A DNA stretch of 64,000 nucleotides from Patescibacteria group bacterium (GTDB lineage Bacteria; Patescibacteriota; Minisyncoccia; Phycocordibacterales; UBA9973), in the NCBI GenBank assembly GCA_040388095.1, contig JAZKCM010000002.1, positions 7,264 through 71,263 of the forward strand, read 5' to 3'. Of the stretch, positions 36,315 through 46,778 are shown piece after piece. A program made the position numbers and the translations under genes. The notes beneath the pieces were generated by a model. The model was not told where the DNA came from and ran no database searches. It saw only the letters and a list, made by a program, of their open reading frames with translations. Each line of letters opens with the position of its first letter. Position 1 is the stretch's first letter.

Positions 36315-38447
36315 ATGAATAAAAAAGAGTATCAAGTAGAAATCGGCGGGAAAGTAATGACCGCTATTTTTTCAGATTTAGCAGACCAAGCGCACGGCTC
36401 GGTGATGTTAAAGTACGGCGAGACGATAGTCCTCGCGACTGCGTGTATGTCAAAAGACAAACAGGCAGGTTTGGGATTTTTTAATCTCACTGTCGACTAT
36501 GCAGAAAAATTTTATGCATCAGGAAAAATATTGGGTTCACAATATGTACGCCGTGAAGGGAAACCTTCGAATGAAGCGATCCTCGCATCACGTGTAATCG
36601 ACAGAACTATTCGTCCACTCTTTGATCAGAATCTTCGTCACGCAGTGCAAGTCATCGTCACAGTTATCGCATGCGATGACAACGATCCAGCCATGCTCGC
36701 CGTGAATGCTGCATCACTCGCACTCGTCGTCTCAAATATTCCTTGGAAGGGGCCAATCGGTTGTGTGCGTGTCGGCAAGTATGCAATTAATAACGACAGC
36801 GAAAATTTGGTAGTAAATGCTTCTACAACAAAAAGACAAGAAGAGTATCCGTACAAATTTGACCTCACAGTCTGTGGAAGAGAAGGCACTATAAATATGA
36901 TAGAGGCTGCATCAAGACAAGCAAAAGAAGAAGAACTGACAGAAGCACTCGAACTCGCAAGCAAGGAGATCACCAAGCTCGAAGATTTCCAGAAGAAAAT
37001 CCAAAAAGAAATCGGTAAAGAAAAAAGAGTTATCGAACACGAAAAAATTAGTGAAGAAAGTTTGAATCTTTTCAAAGAAAATATTTTACCAAAAATGGAA
37101 AGTGCTATTTTTGCAGGAGCAGGGAAAATAAAAATTGATGCACTCCACAGCGAATGGAATACTTTAGTAAAAGAAAAATATGCCGGTACTGACAAAAAAG
37201 ATTTCCAGCTTGAAGACGATATTTTCGATGAAACAGAAAACGACATGCTTCACGAAAAAGCAATCAAGGAAGACAAACGTGCAGATGGCAGAGCGATGGA
37301 CGAAGTCCGCGAACTCTACGCACAAGCAGGAGGCGTCTCAAAAATTTTGCACGGCTCTGGAATATTTTATCGCGGAGGCACGCACGTACTCTCTGCACTG
37401 ACACTCGGCGGACCAGGAGACAAACAAGAAGTGAATGGAATGGATTTACAAACTTCACGAAGATTTATGCATCACTATAATTTTCCTCCGTTCTCTGCAG
37501 GAGAACCAGGAAGAAGTGGATTCACAAATCGTCGCGAAGTCGGACACGGAGCACTCGCAGAAAAAGCATTGCTTATGGTGCTTCCAGAAAAAGAAATTTT
37601 CCCGTACACGATTCGCATCGTCTCTGAATCAATGGCGTCGAATGGTTCCACTTCACAAGCAAGTATTTGTGCATCGACACTCGCACTCATGGATGCTGGT
37701 GTGCCGATAAAAAATCCTGTCGCCGGCATCGCGATGGGCCTAATGTATGAAAATGATTCTGCATACAAAATCTTGACCGACATTCAAGGACCAGAAGATC
37801 ATCATGGTGATATGGATTTCAAAGTCGCAGGAACACGCGTTGGTATCACTGCGATACAGCTCGATGTGAAAGTCGACGGCGTGCCAATAAAAATACTTTC
37901 TGAAGCATTGGCACAAAGTAAGAAAGCTCGCCTTACGATCCTCGATACTATCGAAAAAGAAATTTCAAAACCGCGTGAAAACATTTCTCCAAATGCTCCG
38001 GAGATTTTGATTATCAAAATCAAACCTGAACAAATAGGTGGGGTCATCGGAAGCGGAGGAAAAGTAATTAAAGATATTAAAGAAAGAACTGGTGCAGAAA
38101 TCACTATCGAAGATGACGGCACTGTATACTTCACTGGTATGAACGGCTCTGCAGGAAAAGCAAAACAAATCGTGGAAGAAATGACACACGAATTCAAACT
38201 CGGAGAAATACTCCAAGGCGAGATCGTGAAGCTCGCAGACTTCGGCGGATTCGTCCGACTCAATGACTTCACTGACGGTATGGTGCATATTTCTGAAATA
38301 GCGCCGTTCCGAGTGGAGCGAGTAACTGATATATTGAAAGAAGGTATGATTGTCCCAGTGAAAGTCATCGGCATCGACCCACAAAGAGGAAAGATTAGTC
38401 TTTCCATCAAGGAAGCAAATCCGACTTTCTTTCAGCCTAAAGCGTAA
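36315..38447 (+). CDS. pnp: Polynucleotide phosphorylase
   Basis: 710 aa. Two RNase PH domains, KH (IGGVIGSGGKVIKDIKERTGAEITIEDDG) and S1 (GEIVKLADFGGFVRL). Confidence 0.95.
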   Translation: MNKKEYQVEIGGKVMTAIFSDLADQAHGSVMLKYGETIVLATACMSKDKQAGLGFFNLTVDYAEKFYASGKILGSQYVRREGKPSNEAILASRVIDRTIRPLFDQNLRHAVQVIVTVIACDDNDPAMLAVNAASLALVVSNIPWKGPIGCVRVGKYAINNDSENLVVNASTTKRQEEYPYKFDLTVCGREGTINMIEAASRQAKEEELTEALELASKEITKLEDFQKKIQKEIGKEKRVIEHEKISEESLNLFKENILPKMESAIFAGAGKIKIDALHSEWNTLVKEKYAGTDKKDFQLEDDIFDETENDMLHEKAIKEDKRADGRAMDEVRELYAQAGGVSKILHGSGIFYRGGTHVLSALTLGGPGDKQEVNGMDLQTSRRFMHHYNFPPFSAGEPGRSGFTNRREVGHGALAEKALLMVLPEKEIFPYTIRIVSESMASNGSTSQASICASTLALMDAGVPIKNPVAGIAMGLMYENDSAYKILTDIQGPEDHHGDMDFKVAGTRVGITAIQLDVKVDGVPIKILSEALAQSKKARLTILDTIEKEISKPRENISPNAPEILIIKIKPEQIGGVIGSGGKVIKDIKERTGAEITIEDDGTVYFTGMNGSAGKAKQIVEEMTHEFKLGEILQGEIVKLADFGGFVRLNDFTDGMVHISEIAPFRVERVTDILKEGMIVPVKVIGIDPQRGKISLSIKEANPTFFQPKA

Positions 38448-38462
38448 TTAAAATAGAAAAGA

Positions 38463-38495
38463 AAAAAGAGCGGCCATTCGGTCGCTCTTTTGAGT
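38463..38495 (+). terminator. Rho-independent terminator after pnp
   Basis: agagcggcc-attc-ggtcgctct followed by tttgagttt. Confidence 0.55.
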
Positions 38496-38520
38496 TTAAT
38501 TTTGGTATACTAATAACTAT

Positions 38521-39408
38521 ATGGAAAATGAAAAAGAAATTCTAAAACCTGAACCTGTACCAGAAACACCAATGCCGAAAAGTGCAGTAGTGAAAACGTA
38601 TGCGGAAGATATGGCAGATGCTATCGATCATGTCGAAGGAGGAATGATAAGGCAGATAATTCAGGAACAGGAGGATGGACAAAAAAGAGAGGAGAACGTG
38701 TCTCCAGAATCAACGAAAAATAAAACATTGATGTTAATCAGTGCCATTTTGATAGTATCAGCATTTGTTTCACTGTTCTTGGTTATAACATTCAAAGAAA
38801 AAGCTCAGACAGTCGAGCCAGTAAAACAGACAAAAAATATCATCTTCGTGGAGCAAAATAAATTCTTAGAAGTCGCAGGACTTTCGAAAACTCAAATTAT
38901 CGAGACAATCAAAAACGAAGTTTCTAACAGCCAGCTCAAAATCGGAGGCATTGAAGCTATATATCTGACGGAAAACAAAAATGTCGTGACTTTCAAAAGA
39001 TTTATGGAATTAATACAGAGCAATGTGCCAGCGGAAGTGACAGAATACACAAACGACAATTTTATGATCGGTATATACAACAACGAAGATAAATCACTTT
39101 TCATCTTACTCAATATAAAATCATTTGCGGATATTTTCCCTGGAATGAAAGCATGGGAAAATAAAATATGGAGTGATTTGCACGACCTTTTCGATATGGA
39201 ACTCAATGCCGATACGAAATACTTGCTCACAAAAAGTTTTGAAGATAATATTATCGAAAATAAAAATAGCCGAGCATTGTACGACAATGAGAAAAATAAA
39301 ATCTTGGAATACGTCTTCGTAGATGAGACTTCAGTCGTCATTATTTCAAATGACGATGCAGTACACGAGGTTATGAGTCGTCTCTACAGCGCTCAATTAG
39401 CTAAATAA
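38521..39408 (+). CDS. Hypothetical single-pass membrane protein
   Basis: 295 aa. TM LMLISAILIVSAFVSLFLVITF. Confidence 0.4.
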   Translation: MENEKEILKPEPVPETPMPKSAVVKTYAEDMADAIDHVEGGMIRQIIQEQEDGQKREENVSPESTKNKTLMLISAILIVSAFVSLFLVITFKEKAQTVEPVKQTKNIIFVEQNKFLEVAGLSKTQIIETIKNEVSNSQLKIGGIEAIYLTENKNVVTFKRFMELIQSNVPAEVTEYTNDNFMIGIYNNEDKSLFILLNIKSFADIFPGMKAWENKIWSDLHDLFDMELNADTKYLLTKSFEDNIIENKNSRALYDNEKNKILEYVFVDETSVVIISNDDAVHEVMSRLYSAQLAK

Positions 39409-39462
39409 TAAAAGCTAAAATAACCATTTGCCAGAAAAAACTAGTCTGCTATGATATAGGTA

Positions 39463-39819
39463 ATGATAGACAAAAAGAAAATTAAAGAAGAGTTAGAAAA
39501 AGAGAAAAATTTACTAAGTGGACAGATGAATGATATGGGAAAATTAAATCCCGAGACAGGGCAATGGGAGACTCAGCCCGAAGCACAGGATTTCCCAGAA
39601 GCAGATGCAAATGACCAAGCTGATAGATTTGAAGATTATGAAAGCAAGAGTTCGATGATGAGAGATTTGCAGAAAAGATGGAACAATATCCTAAATGCAA
39701 TAAAAAACATCAACAAGACTTCTTTCGGAAAATGTGAAATATGTAAAAAAGATATCGAAGCTGCTAGAATGAAAGCGAACCCAGCAGCGAGAACATGTAA
39801 GAAACATATTAACGAATAA
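39463..39819 (+). CDS. DksA/TraR-family C4 zinc-finger protein
   Basis: 118 aa. C-terminal CEICKKDIEAARMKANPAARTCKKH (CxxC...CxxH/C). Confidence 0.6.
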   Translation: MIDKKKIKEELEKEKNLLSGQMNDMGKLNPETGQWETQPEAQDFPEADANDQADRFEDYESKSSMMRDLQKRWNNILNAIKNINKTSFGKCEICKKDIEAARMKANPAARTCKKHINE

Positions 39820-39831
39820 TTTTTAATTATT

Positions 39832-41403
39832 ATGAGCTTCGCAAAAGTCTACTCGGCACAAATAAATCTCCTTTCAGGAAATATTGTTACGATAGAGACA
39901 GACCTCTCGCGAGGACTCAATTCTTTTACTGTCGTCGGTTTACCAGACAAGGCCGTCGATGAATCAAAAGATCGCGTTGGTAGCGCACTCAAAAATTCTG
40001 GTTACGAATCACCAAAAAGTAAAAATCAAAAAACGGTCGTTTCACTTGCTCCAGCGGATCTCAAAAAAGAGGGTCCGTTTTTTGATTTAGGAATTGCACT
40101 CGCATACCTACTTGCCACTGGTGAAATAAAATTCAATCCTGAGAAAAAACTTTTCCTCGGAGAGCTTTCACTCAATGGTGAACTCAAAGGTCTGCGAGGA
40201 GTGTTGCCACTTGTACAAGAAGCAAAGAAAAAAGGATTTGAGGAAATTTATCTTCCAAAAGAAAACGCTCTAGAAGCAGCACTCGTCGAAGGTATCAAGA
40301 TATTTGGCGCAGAAAATTTAAAACAAGTCATCGACCACATCGATGAAAGTAAGATACAACTAGAAGAAGGTGATGATGCACTCCGCAAGCAGAAGAAAAA
40401 GATCGTGGAGCAATCAAAAACAGAAATACTTTTTTCGGAAGAAATAAAAGGCGCTGACTTCGCAGATATCCGCGGACAAGAAGGTGCAAAACGTGGCTTA
40501 GAAATCGCTTCTGCTGGCGGGCACAATATCGCTATGTCAGGCCCGCCTGGTACTGGAAAAACAATGCTCGCTCGTGCATTTAGCAGTTTGCTTCCTGATC
40601 TAGCCATTGAAGATGTTTTAGAAATTACTGGCATTCATTCTGTCGCAGGAGCAAATCGTGGTGAGCTCATCACCACTCCACCATTTCGTGCACCGCATCA
40701 CACATCATCATATGTCTCACTTATCGGTGGAGGAACTTTTCCAAAACCAGGTGAAGTAACGCTCGCACATAAAGGTGTTTTATTTTTAGATGAATTTCCA
40801 GAATTTGAAAAAAGAGTTTTGGAATCTTTGCGCCAACCACTCGAAGACAATATCGTCTCTATCGCTCGAGCAAAAGGTACGGCAATATTTCCATCAAATT
40901 TTATTCTCGTCGCTGCGATGAACCCTTGTCCTTGCGGAAACTTAGGGAATAAACAAAAAGCCTGCATCTGCAAACCTTCCGACCTCGACCGATACAAAAG
41001 AAAACTCTCTGGCCCGATAATGGACCGCATCGATTTGTGGGTGACTGTCGGAAATATTGATTACAAAAAATTGGGTGAAGAAGGCACAGGAGAAAAAAGT
41101 ATAGTAATAAAAAACAGAGTGCACAATGCTCGCAAAATACAAAAAGAAAGATTTGAAAAATCTAACAGAAAAATATCGCTTAACAGTGAAATGAATGTAA
41201 AAGATTTATCAGAAATAATCCGTCTCTCAGATGAAGTACGAAATGTTTTACAAGAAAGCTCTGAGCGCCTCGCACTTTCTGCTCGTGCATATCACAGAGT
41301 TATAAAAATAGCCCGCACGATAGCGGACTTGGCTGGCTCAAACGAAATAGAGAAAGATCACATACTCGAAGCGATACAGTATCGTCCTAAAATACAGCTA
41401 TAA
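39832..41403 (+). CDS. comM: YifB/ComM family Mg-chelatase-like AAA+ ATPase
   Basis: 523 aa. VVGLPDKAVDESKDRV (Lon-like N-domain), Walker A GPPGTGKT, LFLDEFPEF, Cys cluster, C-terminal helical domain. Confidence 0.9.
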   Translation: MSFAKVYSAQINLLSGNIVTIETDLSRGLNSFTVVGLPDKAVDESKDRVGSALKNSGYESPKSKNQKTVVSLAPADLKKEGPFFDLGIALAYLLATGEIKFNPEKKLFLGELSLNGELKGLRGVLPLVQEAKKKGFEEIYLPKENALEAALVEGIKIFGAENLKQVIDHIDESKIQLEEGDDALRKQKKKIVEQSKTEILFSEEIKGADFADIRGQEGAKRGLEIASAGGHNIAMSGPPGTGKTMLARAFSSLLPDLAIEDVLEITGIHSVAGANRGELITTPPFRAPHHTSSYVSLIGGGTFPKPGEVTLAHKGVLFLDEFPEFEKRVLESLRQPLEDNIVSIARAKGTAIFPSNFILVAAMNPCPCGNLGNKQKACICKPSDLDRYKRKLSGPIMDRIDLWVTVGNIDYKKLGEEGTGEKSIVIKNRVHNARKIQKERFEKSNRKISLNSEMNVKDLSEIIRLSDEVRNVLQESSERLALSARAYHRVIKIARTIADLAGSNEIEKDHILEAIQYRPKIQL

Positions 41404-41443
41404 AATAGAAAATAAAAAAGACAAATTTTTATTTAATTAATTT

Positions 41444-42517
41444 TTACTGCTTCTTCCAAGATTTACCTGTGGAGTCGAAGCCTGGATTCTTTGCTCCACG
41501 TACTTCGAAGTGTAAATGTGGACCAGTTGAACGGCCAGTTGAACCAACATAACCGATCACTTCTCCTTGAGAAACTTGATCACCTTGATGCGCAACTCTT
41601 TGTGACTGGTGAGCATAGAAAGTCTGAGTACCATTAGGATGTTTTATAATGATCAAATTTCCGAAACCTCCATTGTAACCATTTTTAGAAAAGATAACTG
41701 TGCCACTCGCAGCAGCTTTAATAGGAGTACCTGATTCATGGCAACTCATATCAACAGCATAATGGTCGTGTTTACCTTGAGTAAGTGGACAAGGGATTGG
41801 TTTTATAAAGTATGCGTCAGTTGATCCAATGTTTACATCGACATATACTGTCGGTTTCTTTGTAGAAGGTGAACTCGCGGGAGTTGAATCGATAAGCTGT
41901 CCATCTGGAATAATCAGTTTATCACCGACAGTCAGTGCAGCAGTCTCAGAAATACCATTAAAAGAAGCGATATCGGCGATATCAGCTTTGTATTTCAATG
42001 CAATACCTTTGAGTGTCTGACCTTTAGTAACAGTATGTTCAATACCAGAGATAGGTAAAATGATCAATGTGTCACCTTCGACGAGTTTATCGCCTTTTTT
42101 CATATCATTTGCCCAAAGAATCGTATTTGCAGAAACATCAAACATTTCCGCAATAGCTGCTAATGAATCTCCTTTTCTCACAACATAGACACTGATCTCA
42201 GCTTCAGTATCTTCAGATGGATTTGCTCCCATAGAACTGGTTACAGGGACGAGAGCATTTTCTGATGCTATTGTAACACTAGCATCTTCTTTCACTGTAT
42301 TCTCTTCTTTTTTCTTATCCTGATTTGCGAGCACTGGAGAAAATGAAGGTGTTAGAAGTTCCATATTCTGAGAATTATTGAGATTTGTAGCTGGAAGTAC
42401 ATCTTCAGCAGAAGCTTTCTCTCCAAGACCAAACATAGAAAGTAATCCAGCATTTGCTTGAACTGGTACAAAAAATACCCCAAACACCAAGAAAAGGGCT
42501 AAAACATGACTAATCAT
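41444..42517 (-). CDS. Secreted M23 metallopeptidase with two LysM domains
   Basis: 357 aa. Signal peptide, LysM (YVVRKGDSLAAIA...; HTVTKGQTLKGIA...), M23 motifs HxxxD and GSTGRSTGPHLHFEVR. Confidence 0.85.
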   Translation of the reverse strand: MISHVLALFLVFGVFFVPVQANAGLLSMFGLGEKASAEDVLPATNLNNSQNMELLTPSFSPVLANQDKKKEENTVKEDASVTIASENALVPVTSSMGANPSEDTEAEISVYVVRKGDSLAAIAEMFDVSANTILWANDMKKGDKLVEGDTLIILPISGIEHTVTKGQTLKGIALKYKADIADIASFNGISETAALTVGDKLIIPDGQLIDSTPASSPSTKKPTVYVDVNIGSTDAYFIKPIPCPLTQGKHDHYAVDMSCHESGTPIKAAASGTVIFSKNGYNGGFGNLIIIKHPNGTQTFYAHQSQRVAHQGDQVSQGEVIGYVGSTGRSTGPHLHFEVRGAKNPGFDSTGKSWKKQ

Positions 42518-42848
42518 TTTAAATTGAGGTTTAATAAGCCTTGAAAAATATCGCTAGAATGGGCTTTTTGTCCTTAAAAAATAGGGCAAACTCTGCAAGA
42601 CGACCAAAAATGTGTTGCAAAATAAAGGTTTCTAACGAAGTTACGGTCATAACTGTCTTTCTGTCGATATCTGAGTTTCTTCTTGTCCGGTACCTAATAA
42701 TCGTACCTTTTTAGGCTAGGTGAGTCAATGGAAATGTGGATAACTTTATTTGACATAATTTATATAAATTACATAATTTTAAGGTTTTTTTATAAAAATC
42801 AGCCGGAAAATTAGGCAATATAAACTAAAAGTTTTATAATAAAAGTCT

Positions 42849-45800
42849 ATGGCAAAAGAAAAATCTCCGAATACTGAAGAAGTATTGAAAAATTTAAAAA
42901 ATAAACTGGAAAAAGAGGAAAGTGAGCTAACCTCTGTAAACTCAATAGAACTAGATGGCGGTAATACTATAAAAAAGGGTCAGAAAAAAGCAGGTGAATA
43001 TAAGGTAAAAAGCATCAAGGTAAACAAGGAAGGCAAGAAAGTCATAAAGCTGGAGCTAAAAGATGGAACAGGGGAATACGAGCTAGAAGAGCAGAAGTTG
43101 AGAGATGAGGATAAAAACATTGAAACAATCTGGAGAAAAAGTGGGACAACGGAAGGCTTGCGAATAGGATTCCCCAACAATGAACACATAGAGGAGAAAG
43201 TCGAGGAAAAGGAAAAAGAAGAAGATGTACCCCAAATAACAGTTATGGAAAACAAAAAAGAACAACCAATAAAAATAGAAGATTCTAAAACAAAGATGCC
43301 GAAGGTAGAAAAAATAGATGGAAAAATAAGTGCACCTCGTATAGGAAGTAAGTTTTTCATGATGAATGAAGAAAAGAAAATGGAAAATTATACTATCATC
43401 GGAACAAGAATTGCAAAAAAGGATGGGCAACTTTTATTACGGATAAAAAAGAATCCTGAAGACAGAGAAGAAGAGCCAAAAGAAATCAACTCTAAGCAAT
43501 TTGTAAATAAATTTAATAAAGAAAAAATTCTATTAACAACAAAAGATGATAAGAGAATCGAGGAACTTACTCCATTTTCTAAAAAGAGAAGAGAGCAAAA
43601 TAAAGAAATAAGAAACAAGAATGAAGAGGACGTTTTAAATGAAATAGCAGAAAATGCAGATAAAAATCGTGAAGAATTAATGAACGAAGAAAAAGAACCA
43701 AAGACCCTTGATGAATTAAAAACTCATCACGAAATAGGAATGAAGATGGATGAAGTGTTATTAAAAAGCTTAAGTGACATAGAAAAAAAGAAATTAGAAA
43801 AACAAGAAAAATATAAAAATATTTCAAAAGACACGAAAGACTTTCTAAAAATGGAAAGGAATAAAAAATACACGCAAGATAAAATAGATCTTGAGGAAAG
43901 AAGACACGAAGAATTTGCGGATCCAAAAATCACAGACAAAGATGCAATAGATGCAAATCCTGATATGAAAGCTCTTTTCAACAAGGATCCAGAAAAATAT
44001 CTAGAAGAGAACAAAGAAAAAGCAATTCTAGCTTTTAAATATTTGAACAAAGTGATGAAGATAGAAGAGCTTGCAAAGAATACTGCTTTCAAAAAAGCGA
44101 ATCAAAATATTACTGGATTAAATGACGAAGATTTTGCAAAAGCAGAAGCCAAAAAATGGCAATTTAAATTCGACGAGATCAACAAGAAATACGACGATGA
44201 ACTGGATTCAATAGTTTCGAAAGAGATGAAGAGCAGAACTCAAAGAACAACTAATAAGATGAGAAAAGAGTGGGAAAATAAAGAAGCAGCGAAAACTTCT
44301 TTTGATCACACGATCGATGCACAAATAGAAAGAGCAAAAGGACGTTTAAAAACAGGAATAGAAAAAAAAGCGGAAGAAATAAGTAAGAAGTTGGATGTAA
44401 AAATAGATGCTATTCATCAAAAATCTGAAGAAAAATTTAATGAGATAGAACTTGCAGAAATAAAAAAAGCGGAAGAAGCTAAAGACCAAGCACGAAAAGA
44501 ATATATAGAAGCAAAAAACCAAAAACAATCGTTTTGGAAATTTGGCTTTGGAAAAGACAAGAAAGAGAACGAGCTCAAAGAAAAAGAAGAAGCTTACAAA
44601 AAAGCAAAGGAAGAATATGTCGATGCTTCTGGTAAAGACCAAATGGATTTCTTTCTTGAAGAAAAACAAAAATTCCAAACAGAAAATATTGAAAAGAAAG
44701 GTTTAAGTGAAAGAATGAAAAATGGAATAAAGGGAGGTATGAATCTTTGGGAAAATTGGGACAAGAATGAAAAAGACACTAAATTTACACAGCATTTAAA
44801 AAAAGCAGGTAAAACTTTTGTAAAAATAGCTATTATCGGTGGAGCATCGGTTGTCACCGTTTCTGGTCTAGCTGGTGTAGGCATAGGTACTGCGACTGCT
44901 CTTGCGGGAGGAGTAGGAAGTTATGTAGGTAAAAAAGCAGTTATTGGAACTGCTTTTGCAAGTATGATAAATAGTGTTCCAGAAAAACATAGGTGGTGGG
45001 TATCTCTAGGAATAACAGCGCCTCTTGTAATAAGTGGTGGACTTACTACTGTTGGTATAGCAGGTGTTGCTGGTATTGCTGGATATATGGGTTCGAAATT
45101 AATCAAAAATAAAAGTGAAGAAAATATTAAAGCTGAAGTTGATGCAAAAATCCAAGCATTAAAAGAAAAACAAAATCAAAAAGTAGACAAAGAAAGCTTC
45201 GAAGATTTTGAAAAAAGACAAAATGCAATAGAAAAAGAATTAGCACTTATAGAAAAAACAGCAAGTAGAGATAGATTTTATAGAAATACAAAAAAGGGAG
45301 CTTTGGCTTTACTCATAGGTACTGCGACAATAGAAATGTCTGGTAGTATTCAAGATTATAAAGATCATCATCAACCTCGTGAATATGTTCCTCGTGATCA
45401 TGATACGATTCCAAAACCAATTCCTCATCCAACACCAACACCCGAAACTCACACATTAAATCCTGATGCAATTATTCATAAAGGAGAAGGAATAGAAAAT
45501 GCATTTATCAGACAAATCGAGCACAATACCGAAATGGCAAAAAGTCTTGGCTGGGATGGAAAAGAAAATCTACATCACTTTGCACAACACGAAGCACACG
45601 CACTAGCTATCAAAGAAGGTTATGTTGATGGAAATGGAAATGAAATACGAGTGAATGTCGCAGACAAAGTCGGATATGAAATAAAAATGGAAAATGGTCA
45701 CGCTACTGTATTTGAAAAAAGTCTCGATGGAAAACTTACAGATATACCACACCACGAAGGAGACAGCTTTGAAAAAAATACAGAAAAATACGAATACAAA

Positions 45801-46439
45801 ACAACAGGTAATACTCATTTAGAAAAACCTGTACCAGCAACAGAAGAGTCTGCAATTCATTTAGAAAAACCAACACCAGTATTTGAAGAAGGTAATACAC
45901 ACATACTACACCCAGAAAAACCGAATTTTGAATTTACTCAAGTAGACGAAGCTCCTCTTAATCTAAGATACGAGGCACACAATGAAGCTCCGGTAATTGA
46001 AAATACTGGACCAAGAAATCTAAATGCTTTTTATACAGCTAATGCAACAGATACAAATATAGGTGGTTTTGGAAGAGGTTACTTTGGAAATCAAATAGGA
46101 TATCACAATGATCCATATGAACTCCATCAACAGTTTTTGGCACAAGTAACAGAAGCACACGATCAAAGCATCCATCATATTTTTAAAAATGATAGTGATT
46201 ATTATGATTTAGCAAATAAACCAGCAAGTGACTTTATGAAGATGAATGAAGCAGATGTCAGTAACCCTGAAATGAAGAATCTTATTCATCATTTACATAA
46301 AATTCGTGCAAGTACAGATATCGAACCTCACAGAACAAATATCTTTAGAACAAATCCTGAAACAGTGGACCACTACATAAACAGAGTATACGAATACGCA
46401 AACAAAAAAGGAAAATTAGATGAGATAATCGTTCAATAA
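42849..46439 (+). CDS. Giant Lys/Glu-rich protein with central TM cluster and His/Pro-rich C-terminal domain
   Basis: 1196 aa. About 650 aa of K/E coiled-coil-like sequence, Gly/Ala-rich TM helices (IAIIGGASVVTVSGLAGVGIGTATALAGGVG...), and C-terminal short repeats HLEKPVPATEES / HLEKPTPVFEEG / HILHPEKPNFEF. Confidence 0.5.
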   Translation: MAKEKSPNTEEVLKNLKNKLEKEESELTSVNSIELDGGNTIKKGQKKAGEYKVKSIKVNKEGKKVIKLELKDGTGEYELEEQKLRDEDKNIETIWRKSGTTEGLRIGFPNNEHIEEKVEEKEKEEDVPQITVMENKKEQPIKIEDSKTKMPKVEKIDGKISAPRIGSKFFMMNEEKKMENYTIIGTRIAKKDGQLLLRIKKNPEDREEEPKEINSKQFVNKFNKEKILLTTKDDKRIEELTPFSKKRREQNKEIRNKNEEDVLNEIAENADKNREELMNEEKEPKTLDELKTHHEIGMKMDEVLLKSLSDIEKKKLEKQEKYKNISKDTKDFLKMERNKKYTQDKIDLEERRHEEFADPKITDKDAIDANPDMKALFNKDPEKYLEENKEKAILAFKYLNKVMKIEELAKNTAFKKANQNITGLNDEDFAKAEAKKWQFKFDEINKKYDDELDSIVSKEMKSRTQRTTNKMRKEWENKEAAKTSFDHTIDAQIERAKGRLKTGIEKKAEEISKKLDVKIDAIHQKSEEKFNEIELAEIKKAEEAKDQARKEYIEAKNQKQSFWKFGFGKDKKENELKEKEEAYKKAKEEYVDASGKDQMDFFLEEKQKFQTENIEKKGLSERMKNGIKGGMNLWENWDKNEKDTKFTQHLKKAGKTFVKIAIIGGASVVTVSGLAGVGIGTATALAGGVGSYVGKKAVIGTAFASMINSVPEKHRWWVSLGITAPLVISGGLTTVGIAGVAGIAGYMGSKLIKNKSEENIKAEVDAKIQALKEKQNQKVDKESFEDFEKRQNAIEKELALIEKTASRDRFYRNTKKGALALLIGTATIEMSGSIQDYKDHHQPREYVPRDHDTIPKPIPHPTPTPETHTLNPDAIIHKGEGIENAFIRQIEHNTEMAKSLGWDGKENLHHFAQHEAHALAIKEGYVDGNGNEIRVNVADKVGYEIKMENGHATVFEKSLDGKLTDIPHHEGDSFEKNTEKYEYKTTGNTHLEKPVPATEESAIHLEKPTPVFEEGNTHILHPEKPNFEFTQVDEAPLNLRYEAHNEAPVIENTGPRNLNAFYTANATDTNIGGFGRGYFGNQIGYHNDPYELHQQFLAQVTEAHDQSIHHIFKNDSDYYDLANKPASDFMKMNEADVSNPEMKNLIHHLHKIRASTDIEPHRTNIFRTNPETVDHYINRVYEYANKKGKLDEIIVQ

Positions 46440-46460
46440 TTATTAATTAATAAAAAAAAT

Positions 46461-46766
46461 ATGGCTACAATAAAACAAAATTTAATGGATTTATTTGAAA
46501 TAGAAAAAATGCCCGAAGAAAAAAGGGAAGAAACGCTAAACAAATTAACAACACTAATATTGGAATCGACTCTTACTCGAGCACTTCCACTTTTATCTGA
46601 AGAAAATATGACAGAATATGAAGACATATTAGAAAGTAAACAATCTCCGGAAGTTTTATTTAATTTTCTTTCTTCAAAAATTCCATCTTTTGAAAATATT
46701 TTAAAAGAAGAAGCTGATATTTTACACAGAGAACTCTCTGGTGAACTCGAAGCATTAACTTCATAA
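46461..46766 (+). CDS. Small acidic hypothetical protein
   Basis: 101-aa ORF. Confidence 0.3.
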   Translation: MATIKQNLMDLFEIEKMPEEKREETLNKLTTLILESTLTRALPLLSEENMTEYEDILESKQSPEVLFNFLSSKIPSFENILKEEADILHRELSGELEALTS

Positions 46767-46778
46767 AAATGTTATAGT

